The notes under the pieces: generated by a model | What the model was told of the DNA's origin: nothing | Databases searched by the model: none | The model's input: the letters and a program-made list of their open reading frames with translations, nothing else | Position numbers and translations under genes: made by a program | Assembly (NCBI GenBank): GCA_964574295.1 | Contig: CAZNLY010000007.1 | Span: 12,224-76,223 of the forward strand | Reading direction: 5' to 3' | Length of the DNA stretch: 64,000 nucleotides | Source: an uncultured Gemmatimonadaceae bacterium | Lineage (GTDB): Bacteria > Gemmatimonadota > Gemmatimonadetes > Gemmatimonadales > GWC2-71-9 | Shown: one piece after another, positions 1 through 9,800 of the stretch | Layout of the letters: every line of letters begins with the position of its first letter | How positions within the stretch are numbered: the first letter of the stretch is position 1

Positions 1-76
1 GCAGGCCGAGGCGAGCGCCAACGCGCAGTCGCTGTTCGGCGGCGGACGGCAGTCGGGCTCGACCGGCCGGCGGTAA
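1..76 (+). CDS. 3' end of an unidentified gene (partial, ...QSLFGGGRQSGSTGRR*)
   Basis: The reading frame starting at nt 2 is open from the window edge to TAA at 74-76. Third codon positions are almost all G/C, as in coding DNA here. A strong hairpin follows. The product is not recognisable from 24 aa. Confidence 0.4.
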   Translation, partial: QAEASANAQSLFGGGRQSGSTGRR

Positions 77-99
77 TCGGCCGGGCGCCGGAAACGCAC

Positions 100-137
100 G
101 AGGGGCCGGCCCGGGCAACCGCCCGGGCCGGCCCCTC
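100..137. terminator. Perfect 17-bp GC hairpin between convergent genes (bidirectional terminator candidate)
   Basis: GAGGGGCCGGCCCGGGC (100-116), loop AACC, GCCCGGGCCGGCCCCTC (121-137). The arms are exact reverse complements. It lies between the stop at 74-76 (+) and the tatA stop at 154-156 (-). There is no clear U-tract. Confidence 0.55.
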
Positions 138-153
138 GGCGCATCCCGCCGGG

Positions 154-405
154 TTACTGCGAGAGCCGCTTCGGCTCGCCCGACCCACTCGCGGTGTTCG
201 AGGGCGGGGCGTCCATCGAGCGGGGCAGCTGCGTCCGCTCATCCGGCGCGTTGATCGCGTCGCCGGCGTCGCTGAGGCTCCGCTTGAACTCGCGGATGCC
301 CTTGCCGATGGAGGAGCCGATCTCCGGCAGGCGCTTGGCCCCGAAGACCAGCAGCACCACCAGCAGGATGATCATCAGTTCCGAGAAGCCGAGATTCCCG
401 AACAT
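154..405 (-). CDS. tatA: Twin-arginine translocase subunit TatA/E
   Basis: 83 aa. MFGNLGFSELMIILLVVLLVFGAKRLPEIGSSIGKGIREFKRS is the canonical TatA TM helix, hinge FG(A/P)K(R/K)LP and amphipathic helix. Confidence 0.9.
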   Translation of the reverse strand: MFGNLGFSELMIILLVVLLVFGAKRLPEIGSSIGKGIREFKRSLSDAGDAINAPDERTQLPRSMDAPPSNTASGSGEPKRLSQ

Positions 406-415
406 AGGGCCGCCT

Positions 416-688
416 TTAGAAGAGGGACCGCGCGATGAAGTAGGCCACGAGGACGCCCACCAGGCTGAGGAGCGTCACGTCGAGCCCGATCGGTCCCAGC
501 GTGAAGTTAACCACCAGCAGGTCCACCGACACCGGCCCCAGCGTGGGATTCACCGAGGTCGTGAAGAAATCCCGCGCCGCACTTTCCGGCAGGAACCGCC
601 GCAGCAGCGCCGTCAGGAAGCCCCCCGCCAGGAAGCCCGTCGTCAGGACGCCGAGGTAGAACCCCGGACGCCGCGGTCCGACCGCCAT
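416..688 (-). CDS. Small integral membrane protein, DUF4321-like
   Basis: 90 aa with two hydrophobic segments (YLGVLTTGFLAGGFLTALL and LLSLVGVLVAYFI). It resembles the DUF4321 family from memory. Its start overlaps the upstream stop by 1 nt, and it ends 10 nt from tatA. Confidence 0.7.
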   Translation of the reverse strand: MAVGPRRPGFYLGVLTTGFLAGGFLTALLRRFLPESAARDFFTTSVNPTLGPVSVDLLVVNFTLGPIGLDVTLLSLVGVLVAYFIARSLF

Positions 689-1674
689 CAGCTCCTCCGG
701 TCCAGCACGTAGGGAATGCTCGCCCGCAGCGCCTCGCGGGCCGCCGTCGTGGGAAGGGCCTCAAGCGCCGCCTCGGCGCCGGCGGCATGGGCCAGCGCAC
801 GCTCCCGCGCATAGTCGAGGCCCCCGGCCTCGGTCACCGCCTCGATCACGGCGGCGATCTGCGCCTCGCCCGGGTCGTCGGTGTCCATCAGGTCGGTCAC
901 CTGGGCCCGCTGCGCCCGGGTGAGGCGGGGCAGCGCGTAGATGAGCGGCAGGGTGACCTTGTGTTCCCGCAGGTCGGCCCCGACGGGCTTGCCGGTGACG
1001 GACGCGTCGCCGGTGTAGTCGAGGAGGTCGTCCACGATCTGGAAGGCCATCCCGAGGCGCAGCCCGAACTCGCGGAGGGCCTCCCGCTGCGCCGTCGGCG
1101 CGCGGATCGCGCCGGTCTCGCAGGCGCCGCTCATCAGCGAGGCCGTCTTGGCGCGGATCAGCAGGTCGTACTGCTCCTCCGAGAACGCCAGCCGGTCGTG
1201 CGCCAGCAACTGGCGCATCTCGCCCACGGTCATGTCGTTCGTCACCCGGCCGAGGATCCGGAGGGGCTCCAGGTCGTCGAGCCGCACCAGTTCGGTCACC
1301 GCCCGGGAGTAGAGGTAGTCGCCCATGATCACCGACACCTGGTGGCTGAACAAGGCGTTGATGGTCGGCATCCCGCGCCGGCGCACCGAGTGGTCCACGG
1401 AATCGTCGTGCACCAGCGTGGCCAGGTGAATCAGCTCGACGACGGCGGCGAGGGTCGCGGCCCGTGGGTCCGACACGCCTCCGGCCTCGTCCGCCAGGAG
1501 CACCAGCGTGGGCCGCAGCATCTTGCCCTGCATCTGCAGGAGGTGGGCGTTGACCTCCGCGATCAGGCCGAAGTCCGCCTCGACCACGCGGCGCAACTCG
1601 CGCCGGACGTCCTCCAGCCGCGCCCGCACGGGCGCCTGGATGTCGGCGAGGGTGGCGGGCACCGCCTGGGTCAC
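688..1674 (-). CDS. Polyprenyl diphosphate synthase (trans-IPPS, IspB-like; chain length not determinable)
   Basis: 328 aa. It has the first and second Asp-rich motifs LVHDDSVD and QIVDDLLDY and typical IspB/GGPPS-like flanks. The GTG start at 1674 overlaps the upstream stop (GTGA). Confidence 0.9.
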   Translation of the reverse strand: MTQAVPATLADIQAPVRARLEDVRRELRRVVEADFGLIAEVNAHLLQMQGKMLRPTLVLLADEAGGVSDPRAATLAAVVELIHLATLVHDDSVDHSVRRRGMPTINALFSHQVSVIMGDYLYSRAVTELVRLDDLEPLRILGRVTNDMTVGEMRQLLAHDRLAFSEEQYDLLIRAKTASLMSGACETGAIRAPTAQREALREFGLRLGMAFQIVDDLLDYTGDASVTGKPVGADLREHKVTLPLIYALPRLTRAQRAQVTDLMDTDDPGEAQIAAVIEAVTEAGGLDYARERALAHAAGAEAALEALPTTAAREALRASIPYVLDRRS

Positions 1675-3833
1675 GCCGCGCCTCCCTGCGTGATGGCCTT
1701 GAGCCGTTCGGCCAGGTCCATGAAGTGGATGTCCACGGCCAGGGCGCGCCGGTAGTAGGGCTGGGCCTCCTGGGGCCGCCCCTCCGCCTCGAGCGCGCGG
1801 CCCAGCCAGTACAGCAGCCCGATCTTCTCGTCGTCCTGCCCGCTGAGCCCGTCCACGGCCCGACGGAGGATGGCCTCCGCCACCGCGAACTGCCCCTTGT
1901 CGAAGAACGACGACCCGAGCGCCTCCGAGGTGCGCAGCCGCGCGTCCGGCGACCGGAGCGCCTTCTGGAACTCGGCGATGGCCTCGTCGAGGAGACCCAT
2001 TTCCTTGAACGCGATCCCCAGGTCGTAGTGGGCCTGGAAGTCCTCCGCCTCGAGGTTCTCCTCGATCCCGCGCTTGAACTGCTTGAGCATCTCGGCGAAA
2101 TCGCGCTCCTCGTCGCCGGTCGGTTCCTCGTCCTGCACCCGCATGCGCGTGTCGCGCGTCCGGGGGCCGGCATCCTGGTCGAGCACCAGCGCCCCGAGAT
2201 CCACGAATCCGGGCGGGGGCTCGGCCGGCGGTGCGGTCGCGGCGGGCGTCGACGGCCGGGCCGGGGTCGGGGCCGGCGCGGGCGGAGGCGGCGGGGCCAG
2301 CGCATCGAGCGCCGCGACCGCCCGGGCATTGTCCGGCTCCTGCTCCGCCACGCGGCGGTAGACCGCCAGCGCCTTCTCGAGGGCATCCACCCGCACCAGC
2401 GCGTCGCCCAGTTCCAGGTAGGCGTCGATGACCCGCGCCCGGTTCCCGCCGCGAAACGCCAGTTCCACCAGCTTCTGGAAGTAGCGGATGCCCGACGGCT
2501 CGAGTCGGGCCAGCTCCGCGGCCATCCCCTCCGCCCGGTCCCAGTCCTCCAACTCCTCGAAGCGCGCCAGTGCGAGGTTCAGCTCCTCGACGCCGCGCTC
2601 GTGTTCGCCGACCGACAGCAGCGCCTCGCCGAGGGCACGGTGCACCTCGGGATTGTCGGGATCGTCGAGGACCTGGTCCTCGAGGGCCGCCACCCGCGCC
2701 GCGGGCGATTCCTCCACCTCGGCGGGCTCGAGGGTCGGGGGCGGAAGCGCCTCCACCGGCTCGCTGCCGAAGGAGAGCTCCATGTCGCCGAGCAGCGGCA
2801 CCTCCTGCATCCGCTCCGCCGAGGGCTCCTCCATCGAGTGCGGCGCCAGGTCGATGGTGAAGTCGCTCACCAGCCCCGCGCTCCCCGCGCCGGCGTCGGG
2901 CGACAGCGAGACCTCGGAGGCCATGGTGGTCTGCTCGATCACGAGGTCGGGATCGACCGGCAGCAGCTCCAGGTGGTCGAGGTCGCCGACGGTGGGGCGC
3001 TCGAGCCCCTCCAGCGGCCGCACCTCGAGGTCGAGCGCGGCGTCGTCCAGGTCGGCCCGGATCAGGTCGGTGGCGGAGACGGCCAGCTCGACGTTGTCGG
3101 GGGCAATTTCCGTCGGGGTGTCGGTGACGACCACCGGCTCCGCGGCCGCGGCCGAGTCGTCGGCGCCGAGGTCGAGGAAGACGAGCTCGCCCCGGCGGCG
3201 CGGCTCGTCGCGCGCGCTCGGGGCGTCCTCGTCCAGTTCCTGCAGCCGCTCGCGGGTGCGCTGGGCCCCGGCGCGATCGCCCCGGCTCTCCAACTCGGTG
3301 GCCAGCTTCTCGAGCTGCTCGCGCGCCTCCGCCCCGCGGGATACGACGCGCAGGAGCTCCGCCAGCATCACGCGGATCTCGTCGTTGCCCCCGAACTGGT
3401 CGGCGAAGTCCTTGACCTCGTTGAAGGCGGCGTCCCGCATGCCGTCGCGGTTCATCCGCTCGAGGTACTCGATCAGGTTCTTCTTGGCCTCGCCCGCCAT
3501 GTTCTTGCGGGCGTGCAGCCGGGCGAGCTGGATGTAGGTGCGGGTGCGGTGCGGGTCGTAGCGGAGGATCTTGCCGCAGACGGCGATCGCGTTGTTCGCG
3601 AAGCCCTGGTCGGCGTAGAGCTCCACCGCGCGCTCGTAGGAGCGGACGGCCGCGGAGATGTCGCCAACCCGGAGGTAGAGGTCGCCCACCTTGTTGTAGA
3701 GCGCCAGGTCGGGGGCGTTGTCGGCGCCGGACTCGAAGCTCTCGAGGACGCGCTGATAGACGTCAATGGCCTTGCGCCACTCCTCCTTCTGCTCGTGCTT
3801 CCGGGCAGCGTCTTTGAGCTTCTCGAGGTTCAT
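1671..3833 (-). CDS. Large TPR-repeat protein with an acidic/Pro-rich central low-complexity region
   Basis: 720 aa. TPR-like helical repeats at both ends (e.g. AIAEFQKALRSPDARLRTSEALGSSFFDKGQFAVAEAILRRAV). The centre is rich in D/E/P/A. Codon bias is coherent. Confidence 0.8.
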   Translation of the reverse strand: MNLEKLKDAARKHEQKEEWRKAIDVYQRVLESFESGADNAPDLALYNKVGDLYLRVGDISAAVRSYERAVELYADQGFANNAIAVCGKILRYDPHRTRTYIQLARLHARKNMAGEAKKNLIEYLERMNRDGMRDAAFNEVKDFADQFGGNDEIRVMLAELLRVVSRGAEAREQLEKLATELESRGDRAGAQRTRERLQELDEDAPSARDEPRRRGELVFLDLGADDSAAAAEPVVVTDTPTEIAPDNVELAVSATDLIRADLDDAALDLEVRPLEGLERPTVGDLDHLELLPVDPDLVIEQTTMASEVSLSPDAGAGSAGLVSDFTIDLAPHSMEEPSAERMQEVPLLGDMELSFGSEPVEALPPPTLEPAEVEESPAARVAALEDQVLDDPDNPEVHRALGEALLSVGEHERGVEELNLALARFEELEDWDRAEGMAAELARLEPSGIRYFQKLVELAFRGGNRARVIDAYLELGDALVRVDALEKALAVYRRVAEQEPDNARAVAALDALAPPPPPAPAPTPARPSTPAATAPPAEPPPGFVDLGALVLDQDAGPRTRDTRMRVQDEEPTGDEERDFAEMLKQFKRGIEENLEAEDFQAHYDLGIAFKEMGLLDEAIAEFQKALRSPDARLRTSEALGSSFFDKGQFAVAEAILRRAVDGLSGQDDEKIGLLYWLGRALEAEGRPQEAQPYYRRALAVDIHFMDLAERLKAITQGGAA

Positions 3834-3929
3834 TCGAGCTCGGCCGGAGCGGGAGGAAAGCGGTGGCGTGGCTTGGACTTAAGCCCCGCCAATCGCCGTA
3901 AGATAGGGAGGCCGCTAGGGGGGAGCAAG

Positions 3930-5462
3930 CTAGGCGGGCACCCCCGGGTCGAGCACACCCGCGCGCAACGCCGCCGCCAGGCGCTCCAGGTCCGGCGCGG
4001 GGGGACGATCATCGCCCAGCGGGAGCACGGCCGGGGCAAGGCCGCGGAGCCGCTGGTGCAGGCGGCCCACGCCGGCCCCCGGCGCCAGCGGCTTGAGCAG
4101 TTCGAGGCCCTGGGCGGCGCAGAGGAACTCCGCGGCCACCACGTGCGTGGCGTTCTCCAGGATGCGGCGCGCCTTGTACGCCGCGGCCATGCCCATCGGC
4201 ACGAAGTCCTCCTGGTTGGCGTCGGTCGGGATGGAGCCGATGCTCGCCGGGTGCGCCAGCGCGCGCGACTCGGCGACCAGCGCCGCCGCGGAGATCTGCA
4301 CCATCATGTACCCGGAGGAGAGCCCGGGGTCGGCGGTGAGGAAGGCGGGAAGGCCCTGGGAAAGGTCGGGATTGACCAGCCGCTCGATGCGCCGCTCGCT
4401 GATGGCCTGCAGCGTGGTGATCGCCACGGCGAGGAAATCGAGCGCCTGCGCCACCGGCTGGCCGTGGAAATTGCCGCCCGAGAGCACGTCGCCGTTCTCG
4501 AACACGAGCGGATTGTCGGTGGAGGCGTTGAGCTCGATGGCCGCCACGCGCTCGGCGAAGGCGATCGCGTCCCACACGGCGCCCAGCACCTGCGGCGTGC
4601 AGCGGAGGCTGTAGGCGTCCTGCACGCGCGGGTCGTTGTGCCGGTGCGACTCGCGGATGGCGCTGCCGGCCAGCAGTCCGCGGAGGAGGCGGGCCGCCTC
4701 GAGCTGCCCCGGATGCGGGCGGGCGGCGTGGATCCGCTCGTCGAGCGGCGTCGGGGTGCCCCGCAGCGCCTCGAGGCTCATGGCCGCGGCGCCCACGGCG
4801 CTCCGCCAGAGGACCTGGGCGTCGTGCACCAGCAGGGCCAGCATGGCGGTCTGGGCCTGGGTGCCATTGATGAACGCGAGCCCCTCCTTGGGCGCGAAGC
4901 GGAACGGCGCGAGCCCGCGCGCGGCCAGCGCGGGGCCGGCGGCGGCGCGGCGCCCCTCCTCGAGCACCTCCCCCTCGCCCATCAGCACCAGCGCCACGTG
5001 GCTCAGGGGCGCCAGGTCTCCGCTCGCGCCCACGCTTCCCTGCTCCGGCACCGCCGGCACCACGCCGGCGTTCCACAGGGCCAGGAGCGCCTCGACGAGC
5101 GCGGGACGGACTCCGCTGGTCGGCCGGAGAAGGACGTTGGCCCGGAGGAGCATCAGGGCACGCACCACCTCCACCGGCAGCGGCGTGCCCACCCCCGCCG
5201 CGTGGCTCCGCACCAGGTTGACTTGCAGGCGGTCGAGGTCACCCGGCGCGATCCGAACGTTGGCCAGCTTGCCGAAGCCGGTGTTGATGCCGTAGATGGT
5301 CTGGCCGGATCCGATGGCGCGCTCCACCCGGGCGCGGCTGGCCTCGAGCGCGCCGAGGGCGGCGGGGGCAACGCCAACGCGGCACGCCGGGAGGCGTGCC
5401 GCGCGGACAACGTCGGCGATCGTGAGCGAGTTGCCGTCGAGGAGCAGCGTGTCGGTGGGCAT
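3930..5462 (-). CDS. hutH: Histidine ammonia-lyase (MIO-dependent aromatic amino-acid lyase family)
   Basis: It contains the MIO-forming GSVGASGDLAPLSH motif, NLVRSHAAGVG and GINTGFG. I chose the ATG at 5462 (MPTDTLLLDGNSLTI...) rather than the upstream start at 5495. Confidence 0.85.
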   Translation of the reverse strand: MPTDTLLLDGNSLTIADVVRAARLPACRVGVAPAALGALEASRARVERAIGSGQTIYGINTGFGKLANVRIAPGDLDRLQVNLVRSHAAGVGTPLPVEVVRALMLLRANVLLRPTSGVRPALVEALLALWNAGVVPAVPEQGSVGASGDLAPLSHVALVLMGEGEVLEEGRRAAAGPALAARGLAPFRFAPKEGLAFINGTQAQTAMLALLVHDAQVLWRSAVGAAAMSLEALRGTPTPLDERIHAARPHPGQLEAARLLRGLLAGSAIRESHRHNDPRVQDAYSLRCTPQVLGAVWDAIAFAERVAAIELNASTDNPLVFENGDVLSGGNFHGQPVAQALDFLAVAITTLQAISERRIERLVNPDLSQGLPAFLTADPGLSSGYMMVQISAAALVAESRALAHPASIGSIPTDANQEDFVPMGMAAAYKARRILENATHVVAAEFLCAAQGLELLKPLAPGAGVGRLHQRLRGLAPAVLPLGDDRPPAPDLERLAAALRAGVLDPGVPA

Positions 5463-5504
5463 CCGCCGAAATTGCCCGCGGACACCCCCCGACACAAGGC
5501 CCGG

Positions 5505-6677
5505 CTAGCGCGGCACGGTGATGCCGAGCGGGAGTCCCGTGCGGACGCCGCCGCCCACCACGAGCTCCGGGTTCCCCGGGTCGGTCTGGTAGGCCCAGTC
5601 GATGATCACGAAGTCCTGGCCAACGTGGGTCACGCGGAGCGAGCCGTAGCGCGCGAAGGCGTCGCCGCCGCTCATTTCCCAGACATACCCCCAGCCGACG
5701 AGGGCGTCGATCGGCAGCGGGCTGTACACCTGGTCCGGCGCCCAGTCGATGTCGGTCAGGTCGCCGACGGGGCCGGCGCCGTAGGGCTCAACGCCGGTGC
5801 CAGGGCGAACGGGGCGGAACTGCAGGCCACCCAGGCCATTCCGTTCCACGACGAAGTCCACGTCGGCGGCGGCGCCGGTCCCGACGAGGCCGAGCTCGCC
5901 CGGCTGGACGAGGTGATCGGCGTTGAAGTCCTTCCAGAAGCGGAAGCCGCTTTGCGCAAGGTTCACCTCGCGGGCGTAGAGCACGATGTTCCGCGCGTCG
6001 GGCCGCGGGGTGTCGGCCCGGATCGGCGACCAGAGGCTCTCGTAGCCCTCGCGGCTCTGCGCCGACACCGCAAAGCACCGGGGCTCGCCGTTCGGAAGCG
6101 CGCCGGCCACGAACTCCGGCGCCACGGTGGTCCCCTCGAGATACCAGGCGGGATCGCAGAGGTTGGCGTCGAGGTCGTAGGCCGCGCTGTAGACCCGGTA
6201 TGCGGCGAACCGCGACGGATTGGCGGCGTGCGCGTTGTCGGCCCAGCTGAGGGCGACGGCGCCGTCGAGGCTCACGCTGAGGAGGGTGGCGGGGGCCGGC
6301 AGCGCCAGGCGCTCATCGATGGTGATCATCGGGCTTGGGGCGCTCTCGAACCCGTCGAGGTCCACCGCCGTCACGTAGTACTGGAGGTCTGGCGGGCCGT
6401 TGTCGTGGAAGCTGTTGGAGGTGGTGGAACCGCGCAGACCGAAGGCGGCGCTGGTGCTGCCGCGGGAATACACGTTCCAGACGCCGAGATAGGGATTGCC
6501 GTCGTCGGGCCAGGAGAGGAGGAGCCCCGCGGGCGCGGTGCCGGTGCCCGTGGGCTCGAGATTGTAGTAGAGCGCCACGGGGGGCAGGACGGCCCCGGCC
6601 GGCGGCGGCGCCACGACGGTGGTCGTGTCGCAGGCGGCGAGCGTGAGGAGGGCCGCTCCGAACGCGGCGTGACGCAT
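5505..6677 (-). CDS. Lipoprotein with two Fn3-like modules and an uncharacterised C-terminal domain
   Basis: Internal ATG at 6677 gives MRHAAFGAALLTLAAC (a lipobox). Two segments of about 90 aa end in YYVTAVDLDGFESAPSP and CFAVSAQSREGYESLWSP, which look like Fn3 strands. The upstream part of the 473-aa track ORF looks non-coding. Confidence 0.7.
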   Translation of the reverse strand: MRHAAFGAALLTLAACDTTTVVAPPPAGAVLPPVALYYNLEPTGTGTAPAGLLLSWPDDGNPYLGVWNVYSRGSTSAAFGLRGSTTSNSFHDNGPPDLQYYVTAVDLDGFESAPSPMITIDERLALPAPATLLSVSLDGAVALSWADNAHAANPSRFAAYRVYSAAYDLDANLCDPAWYLEGTTVAPEFVAGALPNGEPRCFAVSAQSREGYESLWSPIRADTPRPDARNIVLYAREVNLAQSGFRFWKDFNADHLVQPGELGLVGTGAAADVDFVVERNGLGGLQFRPVRPGTGVEPYGAGPVGDLTDIDWAPDQVYSPLPIDALVGWGYVWEMSGGDAFARYGSLRVTHVGQDFVIIDWAYQTDPGNPELVVGGGVRTGLPLGITVPR

Positions 6678-6787
6678 GAGTGCCTCGAATTGGGGGACGC
6701 CCGACAACGAGCAGGGTCTGTGCCACCAGGCACTGCCTGACAACCTGTTGCCTTGCATATGGTTACGAATGAGTCCGGTCGCGCGCT

Positions 6788-6805
6788 CGTCCCCCGCAGG
6801 GGACG
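6788..6805 (-). terminator. Short hairpin downstream of the LptD-like ORF
   Basis: On the minus strand CGTCCCC-TGCG-GGGGACG (7-bp stem, 4-nt loop), 13 nt after the stop at 6818. There is no U-tract. Confidence 0.35.
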
Positions 6806-6817
6806 GGGTGGCCGGGA

Positions 6818-9800
6818 CTACTGGTTGTAGTCGAGCTTCATCGCCGGGAGGTCGGTCAGCGCGATCGAGAAGGTGAGCGACACGTTGCCGTTCGGGTTCC
6901 GGATGAAGTAGAAGCCGGCGCGCCATTCGTGCAGTTCGCGCTCGAGCCGCAGGATCTGCGACTGGAAGGTTCCGTCGGTGACGCTGTACTGGGTGGACCA
7001 GCTCACGCCCCAGAGCGGGGTCGGCGAGAAGGAGGTGCTGAAGCCGATGTTCGACTGCGAGAGGTCCGTCCCCGGCGACTTGGTGTAGGTGTAGCTGACG
7101 TTGGCGCGGAACCCCCGGCCGATGGGCGTGCTGCCGGGGTTGTAGCCGTACACCGCCTCGGGCCCGGGCCGCACCGGCCGGTAGGTGTCGGATACGTAGC
7201 CCGTCAGGTTCTGCGGCGGGGGCCCCGACGACGGGGTGGCCCCGACGAGCCGGAAGAGCGGCGCGAACGTCGCAGCCGACATCGCGAAGCTGAGGTTGAT
7301 CTGCTGCAGGCTGAAGTCGAACTGCGTGCTGTCGTACCCGACCGGCCCGTCCCAGAGATTGTGGGTGATGGCCAGGTTAAACCCGGGCAGGAGGTCGCTC
7401 TGAAAGGAGTTCGTGAGCGACTGGGTGGTCCACCCGTTCCGGCCCGGGAGCTTGGCCTGCTCAAAGTCGTAGGCGACCGGCGACGTCACGATGCTGAGGA
7501 GCCGGAGCTTCTTGCCCTGGTCGGCCGCGGCGGAATCGGCGTTGGGCGACGGGCGCTTCCCCTCGATGTTCTGCGAGAGCCCCACCGACAGCCGCTCGAC
7601 CCGCGGGCTGGTGAGCGTGAGCGGCGCGGAGGCGCCGCGAATGGCGGCCGCGTAGTCGGCCGGAATGTCGGCCGAGGGCGCCAGGGCGTAGGTGAAGATC
7701 GGGTTGAAGCTGTGCCGGACGCGGGCCAGGCCGGCAAAGCCGGGGTAGAAGCCGAAGAACGTCGGGTTGGCGCTGAGGGTGAACGAGGCCCGCTTGGCCT
7801 GCGCCACCCACGCGCCGTCGGTGCGCACGTTGCGCACCAGGTAGGGCTGGCCGGACACCACGTTCGACACCCCGACCGAGGGCTGCAGCTTCCAGCTGCC
7901 CCGGAGGAGGAGGGGGAGGTTGATGCCGGTGTCCCAGTCGAGGCCGGTCGAGTACCGCCCGGCATAGGTCTGGGTCACGAGCACGGAGTCGCCGGGATTC
8001 AGCGTGTCGGGCACCCAGATCGTGGCCACGGAGTCCTGGTCGCTCTGGAAATCGGACATCCGGATCGAGTTCCGCCAGTTGAAGGCGCCGAAACGGAACG
8101 GGCTCTCGAGGTTGAGCGCGGTGGTCCGGGTGTCGAACGTGCCCGTCAGCGTGTCCACGGACCCGTCGGGATTGGCCACGAAGAGAGAATCGCCGAGGGG
8201 GACGTTGACTTCCCACTGGGTGTTGAGCGAGAGGCTGGGGGACCAGGTGACCGACTCCCCGAGGTTGAGCGGCTTGGGGTTGAGGGCCACCGACGGCAGC
8301 TGCATCGTGTTGGCGTTGGTCTGGATGTTCTGCCGGAGGTTGCCGCCCAGGGTCAGCGTGCCCCAGCCATACCGGTGGGTGTAGTTGAGCGCGCTGGTGA
8401 TCTGCTGGGTGGTGAGGAGGGGGTCGACGGCGTTCTGCTTCACCACCGAGCTGTTGGATACGTAATTGAGCGACAGGTTGAGCGAGCTGCTCAGCGAGAA
8501 GACCTGCTGGTGGTCCCACCGGAGGCCGAACGACTTGCCCCCCTCGGAGGCCCACTGCTGGCTGAAGCCGATCGATCCCGAGGTGAACCGGTCCAGCCAC
8601 CGGTACTGCCCCAGGAAGCCGAGCGTCGTGTAGCGCTCGTCGAGCCAGTCGAACCGGGCCGTGAGGTCAAAGTAGTCGCTCGCCGCCCAGTAGTAGCCGA
8701 TGTTGGTGATCTGGCGCTCGTACGACGAGGACGGGCGGACGATGTCGCTGATGCCGATCCGCGGCACGAGGATGCCCGAGTGCCGTCCCGGGCGCCCGTC
8801 CTGGAACACGAACGGCAGCCAGAGCACCGGCACGTCACGCACGTACAACACGGTGGGCCGGGCCACCATGACCTGGTCGTGGATCCACTTCACCTCGCCT
8901 GCGCGGAAGTGGTAGTGCGGATCGGGCAGGTCGCAGCTGGTGATTTCCCCCGACCGGGCATAGATGCGGCTCGAACTCGAGTCCTGGGCGATGCTGCCGC
9001 GCAGGAACCACTCGGTCCCCCCCTGGTCAAAATTCGTCAGGGCGCCCGTCACGACGCCCCGCTTCGAATCGGTGTAGTACCGGATGTCCTTGCCCACCAG
9101 GACATTGCCCTCGCTGAAGAGCATGGGCGAACCGCGGGCATCGAGCAGGCCGAGGGAGTCGCGGTAGTCGATCTGCTGGGCCTCGAGCGTCGAGCCGTCC
9201 CGCTCGGTCCGGGCGTCGCCAAGGAGGAGGATGCGCTTCTCGAGCGCGAAGAGGGTCACGGTGTCCGCCCGGTACCGCGTGACGCTGTACCCCTTCCGGT
9301 CGAGCAGCGCCTGCATGAAGGAGTCCGGCGGCGGCAACGGGAAGACGGGCGCCGAGGGGAGGCCGAGCCGGCGGGCGGCCGCGGTGTCGATCGCCTGCCC
9401 GCCCTGGATCCGTGCGCGGGCGGCCGAATCGGTGACCGCCGCCCCACTGGGCGCGCCCAGCGCCGGCGTCTCCTGGATGACCTTGGCCGGCCGCTTCGGG
9501 GTGGTCGGCACCTGTGCCTGCGCGCCGGGCGTCACGGCCACCAGCGCGATCACGGCGGCCGCCGCCGCCCGGCGAAGCCGGCGGCGGGTCATGACGATGG
9601 CCCCGAGGAACCCCACCTCGTAGAGCACCAGGATCGGCACCGTCATCATGATCATCGAGAGGACGTCGGCGCCGGGCGAGAGGATGGCCCCGGCGGTGAA
9701 CGCCAGCACGACCTCGAACCGCCGGAAGCGGTTGAGGGCGGCGGGCGTCACCAGCCCGAAGGCCGCGAGGATGGTGATGACGAGGGGGATCTCGAACGAC

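Noticed and set aside
1725-6740. A 1671-aa plus-strand ORF spanning five minus-strand genes
   Set aside because: It lies antisense to well-supported genes (the TPR protein, hutH, the lipoprotein). Its translation is Arg/Gly/Pro/Ala-rich low complexity with no motifs. Long stop-free antisense frames are expected at about 70% GC.
6728-6740. The 13-nt palindrome CAGGCA-C-TGCCTG upstream of the Fn3-like lipoprotein gene, as a candidate operator
   Set aside because: It is short, occurs once and has no associated regulator gene. I cannot distinguish it from chance in GC-rich DNA.
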